Below are positions 12,605 to 25,400 of a stretch of DNA of 64,000 nt, in pieces; the stretch's first letter is position 1; the number at the start of each line of letters is the position of its first letter. Source of the DNA: Eledone cirrhosa. Its lineage: Eukaryota. The notes under the pieces were generated by a model, which worked only from the letters and a program-made list of their open reading frames with translations, ran no database searches and was not told the DNA's origin. Where the stretch lies: the NCBI GenBank assembly GCA_964016885.1, contig OZ024743.1, positions 296,856,001 through 296,920,000 on the forward strand. Reading direction: 5' to 3'. The translations under genes were made by a program, and so were the position numbers.

Positions 12605-13584
12605 TATGTTATCATTCCACATGATGCAACAAAGTACAATTGTTAGGAGTCTAATATACACAGCATTGTGTATCTGTATGTCTAAATATATTTGTCTTTG
12701 TGTAACCTTTTATAAAATTTCTCGCTCTCTCTCTCTTGTTATTCTCTCTTTCTGTTTTACATAGAATAGTTGTTGTGCTGAGAGAAAAAAAAAGACAGAG
12801 AGAAAGAAAAAGACATAAATAGAGAAATAGACAGAGATGTGTAATAGAAAATCATTTTCATGAGAAAGAAAGAAAGAGAGGGAAGAGGGAATAAAAAGTT
12901 TGATGTCATAAAGGGGACTAGAAAGTGTAAGAGAGGATAGAGAGACACACACAGTGAAAGAGAGGTGGTGGGTAAAAGTATGAAAAACAATCTGTGTTAA
13001 GAAAGAGGGAGAGAGAGAGAGATGTTTTATAGAATTTTATTTTCATGGAGAGAGAGAGAAGAAAAAGGGTTTGACATCATAAAAGAGAATAGAGAGAAAG
13101 AGACACATATCAAGAGAAAGAGATACAGAGAAAAAGAGGTGTAGAAAGGGCAAGTAGGAAAAAGCATTAATGCAATGTTGGTTTCTAACTTCATAATGAC
13201 ATATATTTAGAAGGATTCAATTGGCTGGCCAGTTAGCTAGCCATCTTCAATTTATCTATTGTCAGTGCTTGAAACATCATAAACTGTAACTATTAAATAT
13301 ATGCTGTCAATTTTGACAGTGGGGCTCACTAGTAATAATTATTTCTAACATTGGCATATGGCTAACAAAATAATTTTGAAAATAATCAAGGATTCAGAGG
13401 GATTTATTTATATAACGTTTTCATTATCAAGCTGTAAATGTTCTTACCTAAATTTAGGATGGAAGATTTTAAAATAAATATAAACCTTTTAAAACACAAT
13501 TTTATATTATAAAACCAGGATTCATTTTAGGCAATTTGGTATATTTGATTAGCTCTCACTAATTTGTGTAACTTTTCTTTGCAG

Positions 13585-13711
13585 GAAGATTTTCATTATG
13601 AATACACTGAATGTGATCAGTATGGAGGACGGTGGAGAGTTTCTGTCCCAGAACCAAACAAGTGTGTTGGAGGGAAGACCCCTAATGAGACTATTAGAGG
13701 GAAAGATTGCT
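13585..13711 (+). CDS. ELAPOR: ELAPOR-family coding exon A (EDFHYEYTECDQYGGRWRVSVP...GKDC)
   Basis: ttttctttgcag|GAA ... TGCT|gtaagt; 127 nt, phase 0 to 1. Confidence 0.93.
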
Positions 13712-15406
13712 GTAAGTACACATTTCATCATTTGAAACTTTTATCCCTATTCATTTTACTTATTTATTTATTCCACTGTAAACTGACTGGCATTAGAAAG
13801 GGCATCCGGCTTTAATAATCAAAATTCAAAACCAACATCAATTACTATCTTCTCTCTCCTTAAATTATGTTCCCTCTATCTTGTCCTTATCCCTTCTGAG
13901 TAACCCCTTGCATTTTAGAGGCTTTATTGCCTTGTTTAGTGGTGGATTGGTAGTATCAGTAGAGCGTCGAACAACATGCTTTGCAACATAATTATGGCCC
14001 TTTATGTTCTGTGTTTGACTCTTGCTGAGGGCAACTTTGCCTTTCATCCTTTCATGGTCAATAAAATAAAATATCAGTCAAGTACTGGGGTTGATATAAT
14101 CAATTTTGAGAACACATAGAGTAGCACTTTGTGTTTCTTATTACTTGCACAACCAAAGTTTGTAGGGGCGTCCCAATGGACAGTCGATGATATGATGCCT
14201 TACTTATAGTGAGAAAAACAAAAAAGAAAGAACACTGGCCAAACATCCAGCACCTCTGGCATTGTGGTATCTTACTTCTCATGGGTAAGAGAGCAGAAAA
14301 GTACAAGACAATAAAACATAGTACGAGGAGAAAATGGAGGAGGGCAGAGTATGTAACAGGAATAAATAACAACAAATGGACAATGCTATCTACAGAAGGA
14401 ATACCAAGGAGTCAAGGCAGACACAGGATGAAATTTATGGGTGCTGTGTGCAGGCACACCATCAACCTGCATGTCGTGACATAAGAGAGCAAGGGGTGAC
14501 TTAAAGGCTAGGCACCAGCAAGGGTATCTGGTCACCCATGATGAGTAAGAAGCCTTTCATGGGATTTGCAAACCTTAACCCCTTGATTTAGTAAGGAAAA
14601 ATGAGCTTAAAACAGTTGCTGCTACTGCATATTGATATGTTTATAGACATTACATAGATGCATGGAACAGGACTAGGGTAATTAGTGGACAAATAATGAC
14701 AGAGAATAATTATGATGATGATTATGACTGTTCACTGGACTGTAAGTCATGATAGCTGTAGACTCTCACAAAACCACCATTACTACCATTATTTTCCTTA
14801 AAAGTAACTTAAAAATGCATTTGTTTGTGTTTGTATGTTTGTTTGCATGTGTGTGTGTTCATTTGTTTAGTCAGTCAGTTAAATCAAAAATCAAGTTTAA
14901 CAAGTTATATAGCAAGTCTATGACTAGTCAAACATTTATCTATTCACAGCATCTATTTACGTCTATTCACAAGCATTATATTATTTTGAACTACTCTTGA
15001 GTATGTCTTTGTAGCAATATTCATTTTATATTATAAAAAGAAAATTCCAGATTTTCTACCTAGAACACACCTTTTGCTTAATCTGTTTTCATTGCAAGTG
15101 AACGATGAGAATTTATGAAAATAAACAACATAAATTGAAATGTTTTGATTGATTGATTAACAAAAAAAGTTGTCTGTAATTTGCTTTCATTACTTGGAAA
15201 TATAATTGTAACAAACTTGCACACTTGCTATTTTCCAAAACCGCATGAAAGGATTTAGCGGAAATTGAAAATATCTAAAAGTGGGTTTGATATTTTATTT
15301 CAAATATTTGTGGACAAATTGGTGTAAGAATCTACAATATTAGAATAAAGACTTCAATTCTTTTAATGTTGCAGTCATAGTGCTGTTTTGTACTTTTCTA
15401 GAAAAG

Positions 15407-15459
<53 letters not shown>

Positions 15460-18400
15460 TCGACAGAGTCCCCCGCTCCATTATCTGGTGGGCTCTTAGA
15501 AAACTAGGCGTTGACGAATGGCTTGTGAGAGCTATACAAGCCATGTATAAAGAAACAGTCAGCAAGGTTAGAATTAACAACGAATATAGTGAAGAGTTTA
15601 GCGTAAAAGTTGGCGTCCATCAGGGCTCTGTTCTCAGCCCCCTACTATTTATTATTGCCCTTCAGGCTATAACAGAGGAGTTCAAGACCGGCTGCCCATG
15701 GGAACTCCTATACGCAGACGACCTGACACTCATAGCGGAATCAATGGCCGAGCTAGAGAAGAAATTCCAAACATGGAAGCACGGCCTAGAATCAAAAGGC
15801 CTTAAAATTAACCTGGCTAAGACTAAAGTTCTAGTTTGTAGGAAAGAAAATAAGGCGGCGGTCCCTTCTGGGAAATGGTCGTGCTCGGTGTGTAGGAAAG
15901 GCGTAGGTAGAAACTCCATTTTATGTCCTAAATGCAAAGTATGGGTGCATAAAAGATGTAGTGGGATCACAGGTAAGCTAACTAAGAACATAGATTTTAC
16001 ATGTGGCCGGTGCTCTGGTGCAATAAGTAGCAGCAAGTGCCCACAAAATACTAGCTCTTTCAATTGCGCAGAGGGTTCTATAGAAATAGTGGACAGTTTC
16101 CGTTACCTGGGTGATAAAATCAGCAGTGGGGGAGGGTGCTCTGAAAGTACAGTAGCTAGAGTCAGAACTGGTTGGAAAAAGTTCAGAGAGCTTATACCAC
16201 TATTAGCTGCTAAAGGGTTCTCCCTAAAAATGAAAGGCAGGTTGTACGATGCCTGCATACGAACAGCAATGTTGCATGGCAGTGAGACCTGGGCATTGTG
16301 TGCAGAGGATATACGCAGACTAGAGAGGAACGAAGCTTGCATGCTCCGCTGGATGTGTAACAGTAATATACGTGAACGGCAAAGCATAAACGAACTAAGG
16401 AAAAAATTAGAAATAAGAGGGATCAGATGTTGTTTACTCGAGAGAAGGCTACGTTGGTATGGACACGTGATGCGCATGAAAGTCGATAGCTGTATAACAA
16501 AGTGCAGGGCAATAAAGATAGACGGTAGCCACGGAATAGGCAGACCTAGAAAAACCTGGGACGAGCTGATAAACTCCGACCTCACACACTTACACCTCTC
16601 CAAGACAATGTCACTGGACCGAGACCTTTGGCGGTACTCAGTAACAGAGAAGACCCGCCTTACCTAAATACATAGTAAAACCTACTACAGCCAGTAGGCA
16701 TCTCTAACAAAATACCACCCCCACCCCATCCACACCACCCCGTTCTATGTAAAGTTATGTTGGTGCCACACCATCCAGGCCGAAACAAATGAGATCGTGT
16801 AGGTGTCACGACAAAAAAACACACAGTCCACGCTGTAATGTGGCCGTGTAGGCAACACGGTAAAAACCTCCCAGACCCACACTGTAAATGTGGTTGGTGT
16901 TAGGAAGGGCATCCAACTGTAGAAAACCTGCCAGACAGTCCTATGCGAGCAAGACAATCACTCTTGCCTCAAGTGGGACTACCCCCGTCCAAACCCATGC
17001 AAGCGTGGAACACGGACGTTAAACGTTGATGATGATGATGATGATGATGATATATATATAAATAACGTCATCATCATCATTTTCACGTCCATTTTTCCAC
17101 GCTTGATGGGTGAGACAGGTGGTTCTCAGCACAGCATCTCTCCATTTGTTGAGTTCCTTCATCATCTCCTCTGTGAGTTTCAGTGATTTGAGGTCAGCTT
17201 TCATAACCTCTGCCCAGGTCTTTCTTGCTCTACATCTACTGCAGCTTCCTTCCACTGGGATTTCCTGGCACCTTTTCACTCAGTGATCATTGTCCATATG
17301 TATCACATGTCTATACCAACACAGTTTTCTCTCCTGCACACCACCTTGGATTCCTCTTAAACTCAGCTTTGCCCACAGTTCATCCAAGTTCTGCTTTTCT
17401 CTCACATATACATATACATTGCACATCCAACAAAGCATGGTTGCTTTTTTTCCCTCCAATCTATGGATGTCCTCTGCAGACACAGCCCATGTTTCAATAC
17501 CATGCAGCATTGCACTTCGCACACAGGCATCATACTTTTTGTAGTGAACAATGGGAATAGCTCTCAAAACGTTTTCCATTCTATCCTTATTTTAGCTATT
17601 ATGCTCACATAGCACCCTCCTCCATTGCTAATTCAGTCGCTTAGATAGCAGAAGCTATCAACCACTTCTATAAGTCTGTGACTGGAAAAGGTTTACATCA
17701 CTGGCATTTTCCCCCTTGGTTACCCATGTGCATCTTCTACATATTATCCCATTACATTTCTTGTGTACCCAAGATTTTCATTGTGTATATCATATGTGGT
17801 TCATGCCTACTTCCTTTTTACATATTAAGTCCACTTCCCTTATGGAATCAGGGTTCTATCTTCTCTCCTACTCACTAGCACACTAACACTTTAGTTTTGG
17901 TTAAGTTTACTCTCAGACCTTTTGATTCCAAATTCTGTTTCCATAGTCAGAACTTATTTTCTAGTTCTTTAATGGATTTGACTATAAGGACCAGATCATT
18001 TGCATAGAGAAGTTCCCATGAGCAGCCGGTCTTAAACTCCTATGTTATAGCTTGGAGGATTATAATGAATTGTAGCGGGCTAAGAATAAACCCTGATAAA
18101 CTCCTGCCTGTACCTTTAATTCCTCACTAAACTCATTACCTACTTTCACTTTGTTCTGTACAGCTCCTCTCTATGGCTTGCACTGCGCTCATAAGCCATT
18201 CTTCTACGCCTAATTTCTTTCAGGACCACCATATAATAGATCAAAGGCCTTTTCTAGATCAATGAAAGCTAGGTATAGTCACTTATTTTTGACTAGGAAC
18301 TTCTCTTGTAGTTGCCTCACTAAAAAGATGGCATTTGTAGGACTTTTCCCAGGCATGAAATGAAGCTGCATCTCGTCTAATTTGACTCTTTCTCTAATTT

Positions 18401-19376
18401 GTTGTGCTATAACTCTTTCCATCACTTTCATAACTTGGTCCATTTGTTTTATTCCTCTATTGTTGTTCCTTTCTAGGGCATCACCTTGTAGCAATTTATG
18501 ATTGTACTGCTGCACCAGTCATTGGGTATGACACTGTCTTGTATTACCTGATTGACTATATGAGTTACTAGTTCGACTCCTCCCATTTTTCTTTATTTTC
18601 ATCTGTCTCTCATAGTAACATTTCCAGGCCTCTTTGTTTTGAGCATCTGTAGTACTAAATGCATGGGTGTCACTTCTAACACATTTTCCCCCAACAACAT
18701 CATGATTTACACCTACACACTGCCTTGCAATGTGAAACACTTTGCATCTCTGATCCTCACGCCTCAGGATGTTGGCAAACTTTCTTGCTTCAGCCTCTCT
18801 CTGAGCTGTGTATACCTGTTGCCTAGCTTCTTTCTTAGCTACCTAGTACCAGTATCTGTTACCCCCATTTTTCCAGTCTTTTCATACCTGTCTCTTGGCT
18901 TAATGGCTCAGTTCACAGAGCTGTTCCACCACCAGGTCACACTCTGTCTGGCTCTGCATGATGTTCTACTCCAGCCACAAGTCTCGTCAGTTGTTCACAA
19001 AAGGTTGTCATGCAAGAATTTCCATTTGTCCTCTACATCATTTGTATCTAGCTCGTCATCTCTCTCATCAAATGCCTTTCTAAACCTATATTTAACTGAA
19101 AGGTCCTTATATGTATGTGTGTGTGTGTGTTGCAAACGCTATGTTAGTCACTTTTAATTACCTTTCTTTAACAACTCAAGTTTGGTCTATATGCAAATGA
19201 GCATCACCAACTGATGTTTCATACACAAAATCCATATAGGCTTTACCCTATTTTGTTTAGTAGCGAGTGAGTAAATGTCCCTGAATCCAGAAATAGCTAT
19301 CTGGCATTCTCACTGCTACTGATAAAGCTGTGACATGATCACAGGATGAACCGCATGATGTCAGTGCTACTTATAA

Positions 19377-19418
<42 letters not shown>

Positions 19419-22400
19419 TAGGCACGGCTGTGTGGTTAAAAAGTTCACTTTACAACCACATGATTTTGGGTTCCATACCACCACATGGCTCCTTATGAAA
19501 ATGTCTTCTATAACCTTGGGTCAACAAAGGCTTTTGGTAGACTGTATGTAAGTGTAAAAAATGCCTGTTGTGTATATCTGAGTAGGTGTGTCAGTTGCCA
19601 GAAATGTCATATAACAATTTATAAAATCATTGGTAATATTTGTTTATGTCACTCATAAACAATACACTCTCCTTGCAGTGTAATAGTTCGATGGAACATA
19701 AAATAAGTATGGGTTGACATCAGCAAAAGCATATAGCCATAGAAAAAACTGCCAGAAAAATACCTTGTCCAACCCATACAAGCATAATGATGATGATAAG
19801 ATAAGATAAACTATGAAGTAAGTCACAAATAAATGATGGGGTAAGGGGAAGATGAATTGGTTTGAAACACAAGACAGAATAATTGCAGAATTGATATTTA
19901 CCATCACCGTCTCCACCATGCAATTCAAATAGAGGTGTATATGAAAGTCTAAATTATGTTTATATATGATAAACATATATGTCTGACTATGAATGTTTTA
20001 AGCTGTGATCTGGTCACAATATATATCTCTGATGGAAAAAAATACCTGAAACGCTAGTGTCTGGTGTTCTCACACTGCTACTGAGATAGTTGTGACATGA
20101 TCACAGCTTAAAGCATTTGTAGTGAGACATAAACATATTGCATATACCTTCATATGTATCCCTATTATAATGTACATAACTTCTGATTTTTTTCATATCC
20201 AGTTTTTCTCTCAATACGTTTGTGCTTTCTTGTTCATAAACAGTAACACTATACATTCAGTGTAGCTTCCTCTCTGTGCCTCTCTCCAGCCGTTGCATAT
20301 CCTCTGTGAATTCAGTATCAGAATTCTCTTTTCTATACCCCTTTGATGTTACATATTTAAAAATAGGCATATTTAATTTAAAATGTTAATTTATTTTATT
20401 TGAAAATCTCCCCTGACCAATAGTCTGTTTTTCACATGTGTTTCTTAGATGAAAGCCTGGAATAAATTGATTCTGAATTTTCCACTTCTGTGTATGAAGT
20501 TAAATGTGGCACAATATTTCCAATACTAGAAACAAAGGAATTATAGAAGTCCTGTTTCATCTATTTTGGTTGCTTTAGATTTTCATGATGATGATGGGCA
20601 TATAATTATCACGTTGATGGTGATGATGACTGCAATGGTGATGACGATGGGGATGGTAATGATGATAGTAAGGATGATAATGATGGCAGTGGTGATGATG
20701 GTGATGAGGATAATGGTGATGGTGAAGATGATGTTGATAGTGATTATGATGATGATGACGATGATGGTCATGATGATGGTGATGGTGAAGATATAGTAAG
20801 GATGATAATGTTGGCAGTGGTGTTGGTGATGATAGTGATGATGATGCTGGGGAAGATGGTGTTGATGATGATAGTGATGATGATGATGACGATGTTGGTG
20901 ATGATGACGACAGAGGTGATAATAGTGAGGATAGTGATGATGATGACTAGGATGACAATTGTGATGATGGTGGAGATGATGGTGGCAAATACTGATAGAA
21001 TGTAATATATCAATATGAACATGTGTTATAGTGACTGTGAAATGACCTGTAAAGTTTTGCTAGGCTTTTGCCATTCAGAAGAAATGAAGATTCTGCAGTG
21101 GAAGAAAACAGCAGCCGTTGCAGATGAAATGGGATTCCAGGGAATATAATATTTGGCAATAACTTATATACTGTTATTACTTGTTGAAAGTCATTCCATT
21201 TCTGCTGTCAACAGCTGGTTTGGCAGTATCGGTAGAGCGTCAGACACCATGCTTTGCAGCATAGTTATGGCCCCTTTGCGTTCTGAATTCAAATCCGCCG
21301 AGGTTAACTTTGCCTTTCATCCTTACGAGGTTGATAAAATAAAGTACCAGTGGTGCACTGAGGTAATCGCTGGCCTTGTGCCAAAAGTAGACACTCATAG
21401 GGCAGTGGATTGGCAGTATCGGTAGAGGGTCGGACGCCATGCTTTTACGCATAGAGTTACAGTCCTTTATGGTCTGAGTTCAAATCCCGCCGAGGTTAAC
21501 TTTGCCTTTCATCCTTACGAGGTCGATAAAATAAAGTACCAGTAATGTACTGGGATAATTGCTGGCCTTGTGCCAAAAGTAGAAACAATTATTACTGTCA
21601 TCATCATCTTTATTATCAGTATCATCATCATCACTATTGGCAGCATCATCATCACCAATACCACCACCACTAACACCACTATTATCATCATCATCTTCAT
21701 CAACATTGTTATCATCATCACCTCCATCATTAACATCAATCTGTCATCATCATCACCATCATTGTCACCACCACCACCACCATCGAATTTCAATTACCAG
21801 CTTCACACCAACAGCTTATGTTATTTTATCTAATCAAATATTTTTTGCTATTTACCATTTCAGCCTATACATGTGATGCTGGCCACTATCTTGATATCCA
21901 AGGCAATCAAGAATGCTTACCATGTCCAAAAGGTACATATTCTCTTGGTGGGGGAATCCGGTTTGACAGCTGGGATCAGTTACCTAAGGGATTCTATGTT
22001 AAAACAGAAAAGTTCTCTGAAATTGGAATGTTATCCAGCAATGAAGAGTATGTAACTGAGAAATCCAATTGTTCCAAGTAAGTTCTATTTCTCTTCCTTT
22101 CCTCTTTTTCTTGTATGTTCTTCTTCAAATGATATATAACTATTACGTCTTCTGATCAGTGTTCTTTTGGTACAGGATCATCATCAGCTTCACCACTACC
22201 ACCACCACCACCATCATCTTCACTACTACCATCATCACCGTTTAACATCTATTTTTCATGCCTGTATGGGTTAGAGGGGTTGTCAGATACTGTGGCTTGA
22301 CTGGTCAGGTGATTACATCCTGCTCTCAAGGTCTGTTTCTGGTTTGGTTTCTGCAGCTGGATGCCATTCTTAATACCAACCACTTTACTGTGTGTACTGG

Positions 22401-25400
22401 GAGGATTTTATTGCAACTCTGGCACTACCGCCATAAAGGGTGGACTGGGTGCTATTTATCATGGCACCAGCACTGATACTTTACAGGGAGGATGGTGCTT
22501 TTTGTTGTGGAACTATCACTACCCTCTTACAGGGTGGGCTGTTGAGAGTTAAACATATTAACCCCTTTCATACCAATGCAACTGTGACAACCCCTGGTTC
22601 TATGGTAAAAAACCTTTAATTTTAACCTTTTAGCATGTAAACCAGCCATGTCTGGCCAGGGTTCTCTCACCTCTTTCTATTCAAACCAGACCGTCTGTTC
22701 ATATTGACGTTAAGGTATTGTTCTCAAAATAAATAACATAAAAATATCGTGGATTCAATATTATGTGAGATAATTATGTAAGATAAAGCCTTTACCACAA
22801 AAATACAATAGTATAATACAATAGAGTAATGTAAATGTTAAAGGGTTAAACCCTTCATATTTAAATTAAAGCATCCTGTCATTATTTAATGTAAGAATCT
22901 TTTGTTATGTTCCAGATATCATAATATTAATGAAAAAGTCAGTTGTTTTACTATGTCTTACCATGTCTTACCAAATTCTTTATTTTCAAAATTAATTGAA
23001 AGCTATGCACAGTGCATTTCATTAGAAATATGTTAATAAAAGGGTTAAACATAGATGGAGACTTGGCAGTGTGGTTAAGAATGTGTACTGGGGTGGCTGT
23101 AGATTATAGGCAATGGTGAGTGGTTATGAATAGTTACAGAAATGGCTGAGTAGTTAAGAATAGTTACAGACGGCTGAGTGGTTAAGAATAGTTACAGACA
23201 TGGCTGAGTGGTTAAGAATAGTTACAGACGGCTGAGTGGTTAAGAATAGTTACAGACATGGCTGAGTGGTTAAGAATAGTTACAGACATGGCTGAGTGGT
23301 TAATAATAGTTACAGACATGGCTGAGTGGTTAAGAATAGTTAGAGAAATGGCTGAGTAGTTAAGAATAGTTACAGACATGGCTGAGGGGTTAAGAATAGT
23401 TACAGACATGGCTGAGTGGTTAAGAATAGTTACAGACGGCTGAGTGGTTAAGAATAGTTACAGACATGGCTGAGTGGTTAAGAATAGTTACAGACGGCTG
23501 AGTGGTTAAGAATAGTTACAGACATGGCTGAGTGGTTAAGAATAGTTAGAGACATGGCTGAGTAGTTAAGAATAGTTAGAGACATGGCTGAGTGGTTAAG
23601 AATAGAGACATGGCTGAGTGGTTAAGAATAGTTACAGACATGGCTGAGTGGTTAAGAATAGTTACAGACATGGCTGAGTGGTTAAGAATAGTTACAGACG
23701 GCTGAGTGGATAAGAATAGTTACAGACATGGCTGAGTGGTTAAGAATAGTTACAGACATGGCTGAGTGGTTAAGAATAGTTAGACATGGCTGAGTGGTTA
23801 AGAATAATTACAGATGGCTGAGTGGTTAAGAATAGTTACAGACATGGCTGAGTGGTTAAGAATAGTTACAGACATGGCTGAGTGGTTAAGAATAGATACA
23901 GACATGGCTGAGTGGTTAAGAATAGTTACAGACATGGCTGAGTGGTTAAAAATAGTTACAGACATGGCTGAGTGGTTAAGAATAGTTACAGACATGGCTG
24001 AGTGGTTATGAATAGTTACAGACATGGCTGTGTGGTTAAGAATAGTTACAGACAGCTGAGTGGTTAAGAATAGTTACAGACGGCTGAGTGGTTAAGAATA
24101 GTTACAGACGGCTGAATGGTTAAGAATAGTTACAGACATGGCTGAGTGGTTATGAATAGTTACAGACATGGCTGTGTGGTTAAGAATAGTTACAGACGGC
24201 TGAGTGGTTAAGAATAGTTAGACATGGCTGAGTAGTTAAGAATAGTTAGACATGGCTGAGTGGTTAAGAAAAGTTACCGCCGGCTGAGTGGTTAAGAATA
24301 GTTACAGACATGGCTGAGTGGTTAAGAATAGTTACAGACATGGCTGAGTGGTTAAGAATAGTTACAGACGGCTGAGTGGTTAAGAATAGTTACAGACGGC
24401 TGAGTGGTTAAGAATAGTTACATACATGGCTGAGTGGTTAAGAATAGTTACAGACATGGCTGAGTAGTTAAGAATAGTTACAGACATGGTTGAGTGGTTA
24501 AGAATAGTTACAGACGGCTGAGTGGTTATGAATAGTTACAGACATGGCTGAGTGGTTAAGAATAGTTACAGACATGGCTGAGTGGTTAAGAATAGTTACA
24601 GACATGGCTGAGTAGTTAAGAATAGTTACAGACATGGCTGAGTGGTTAAGAATAGTTACAGATGGCTGAGTGGTTAAGAATAGTTACAGACGGCTGAGTG
24701 GTTAAGAATAGTTACAGACATGGCTGAGTGGTTAAGAATAGTTACAGACGGCTGAGTGGTTAAGAATAGTTACAGACATGGCTGAGTGGTTAAGAATAGT
24801 TACAGACATGGCTGAGTGGTTAAGAATAGTTACAGACATGGCTGAGTAGTTAAGAATAGTTACAGACATGGCTGAGTAGTTAAGAATAGTTACAGACGGC
24901 TGAGTGGTTAAGAATAGTTACAGACATGGCTGAGTGGTTAAGAATAGTTACAGACATGGCTGAGTGGTTAAGAATAGTTACAGACGGCTGAGTGGTTAAG
25001 AATAGTTACAGACATGGCTGAGTGGTTAAGAATAGTTACAGACATGGCTGAGTGGTTAAGAATAGTTACAGACATGGCTGAGTGGTTAAGAATAGTTACA
25101 GACGGCTGAGTGGTTAAGAATAGTTACAGACGGCTGAGTGGTTAAGAATAGTTACAGACATGGCTGAGTGGTTAAGAATAGTTACAGACGGCTGAGTGGT
25201 TAAGAATAGTTACAGACATGGCTGAGTGGTTAAGAATAGTTACAGACATGGCTGAGTAGTTAAGAATAGTTACAGACATGGCTGAGTAGTTAAGAATAGT
25301 TACTGACATGGCTGAGTGGTTAAGAATAGTTACAGACGGCTCAGTGGTTAAGAATAGTTACAGACATGGCTGAGTGGTTAAGAATAGTTACAGACGGCTG

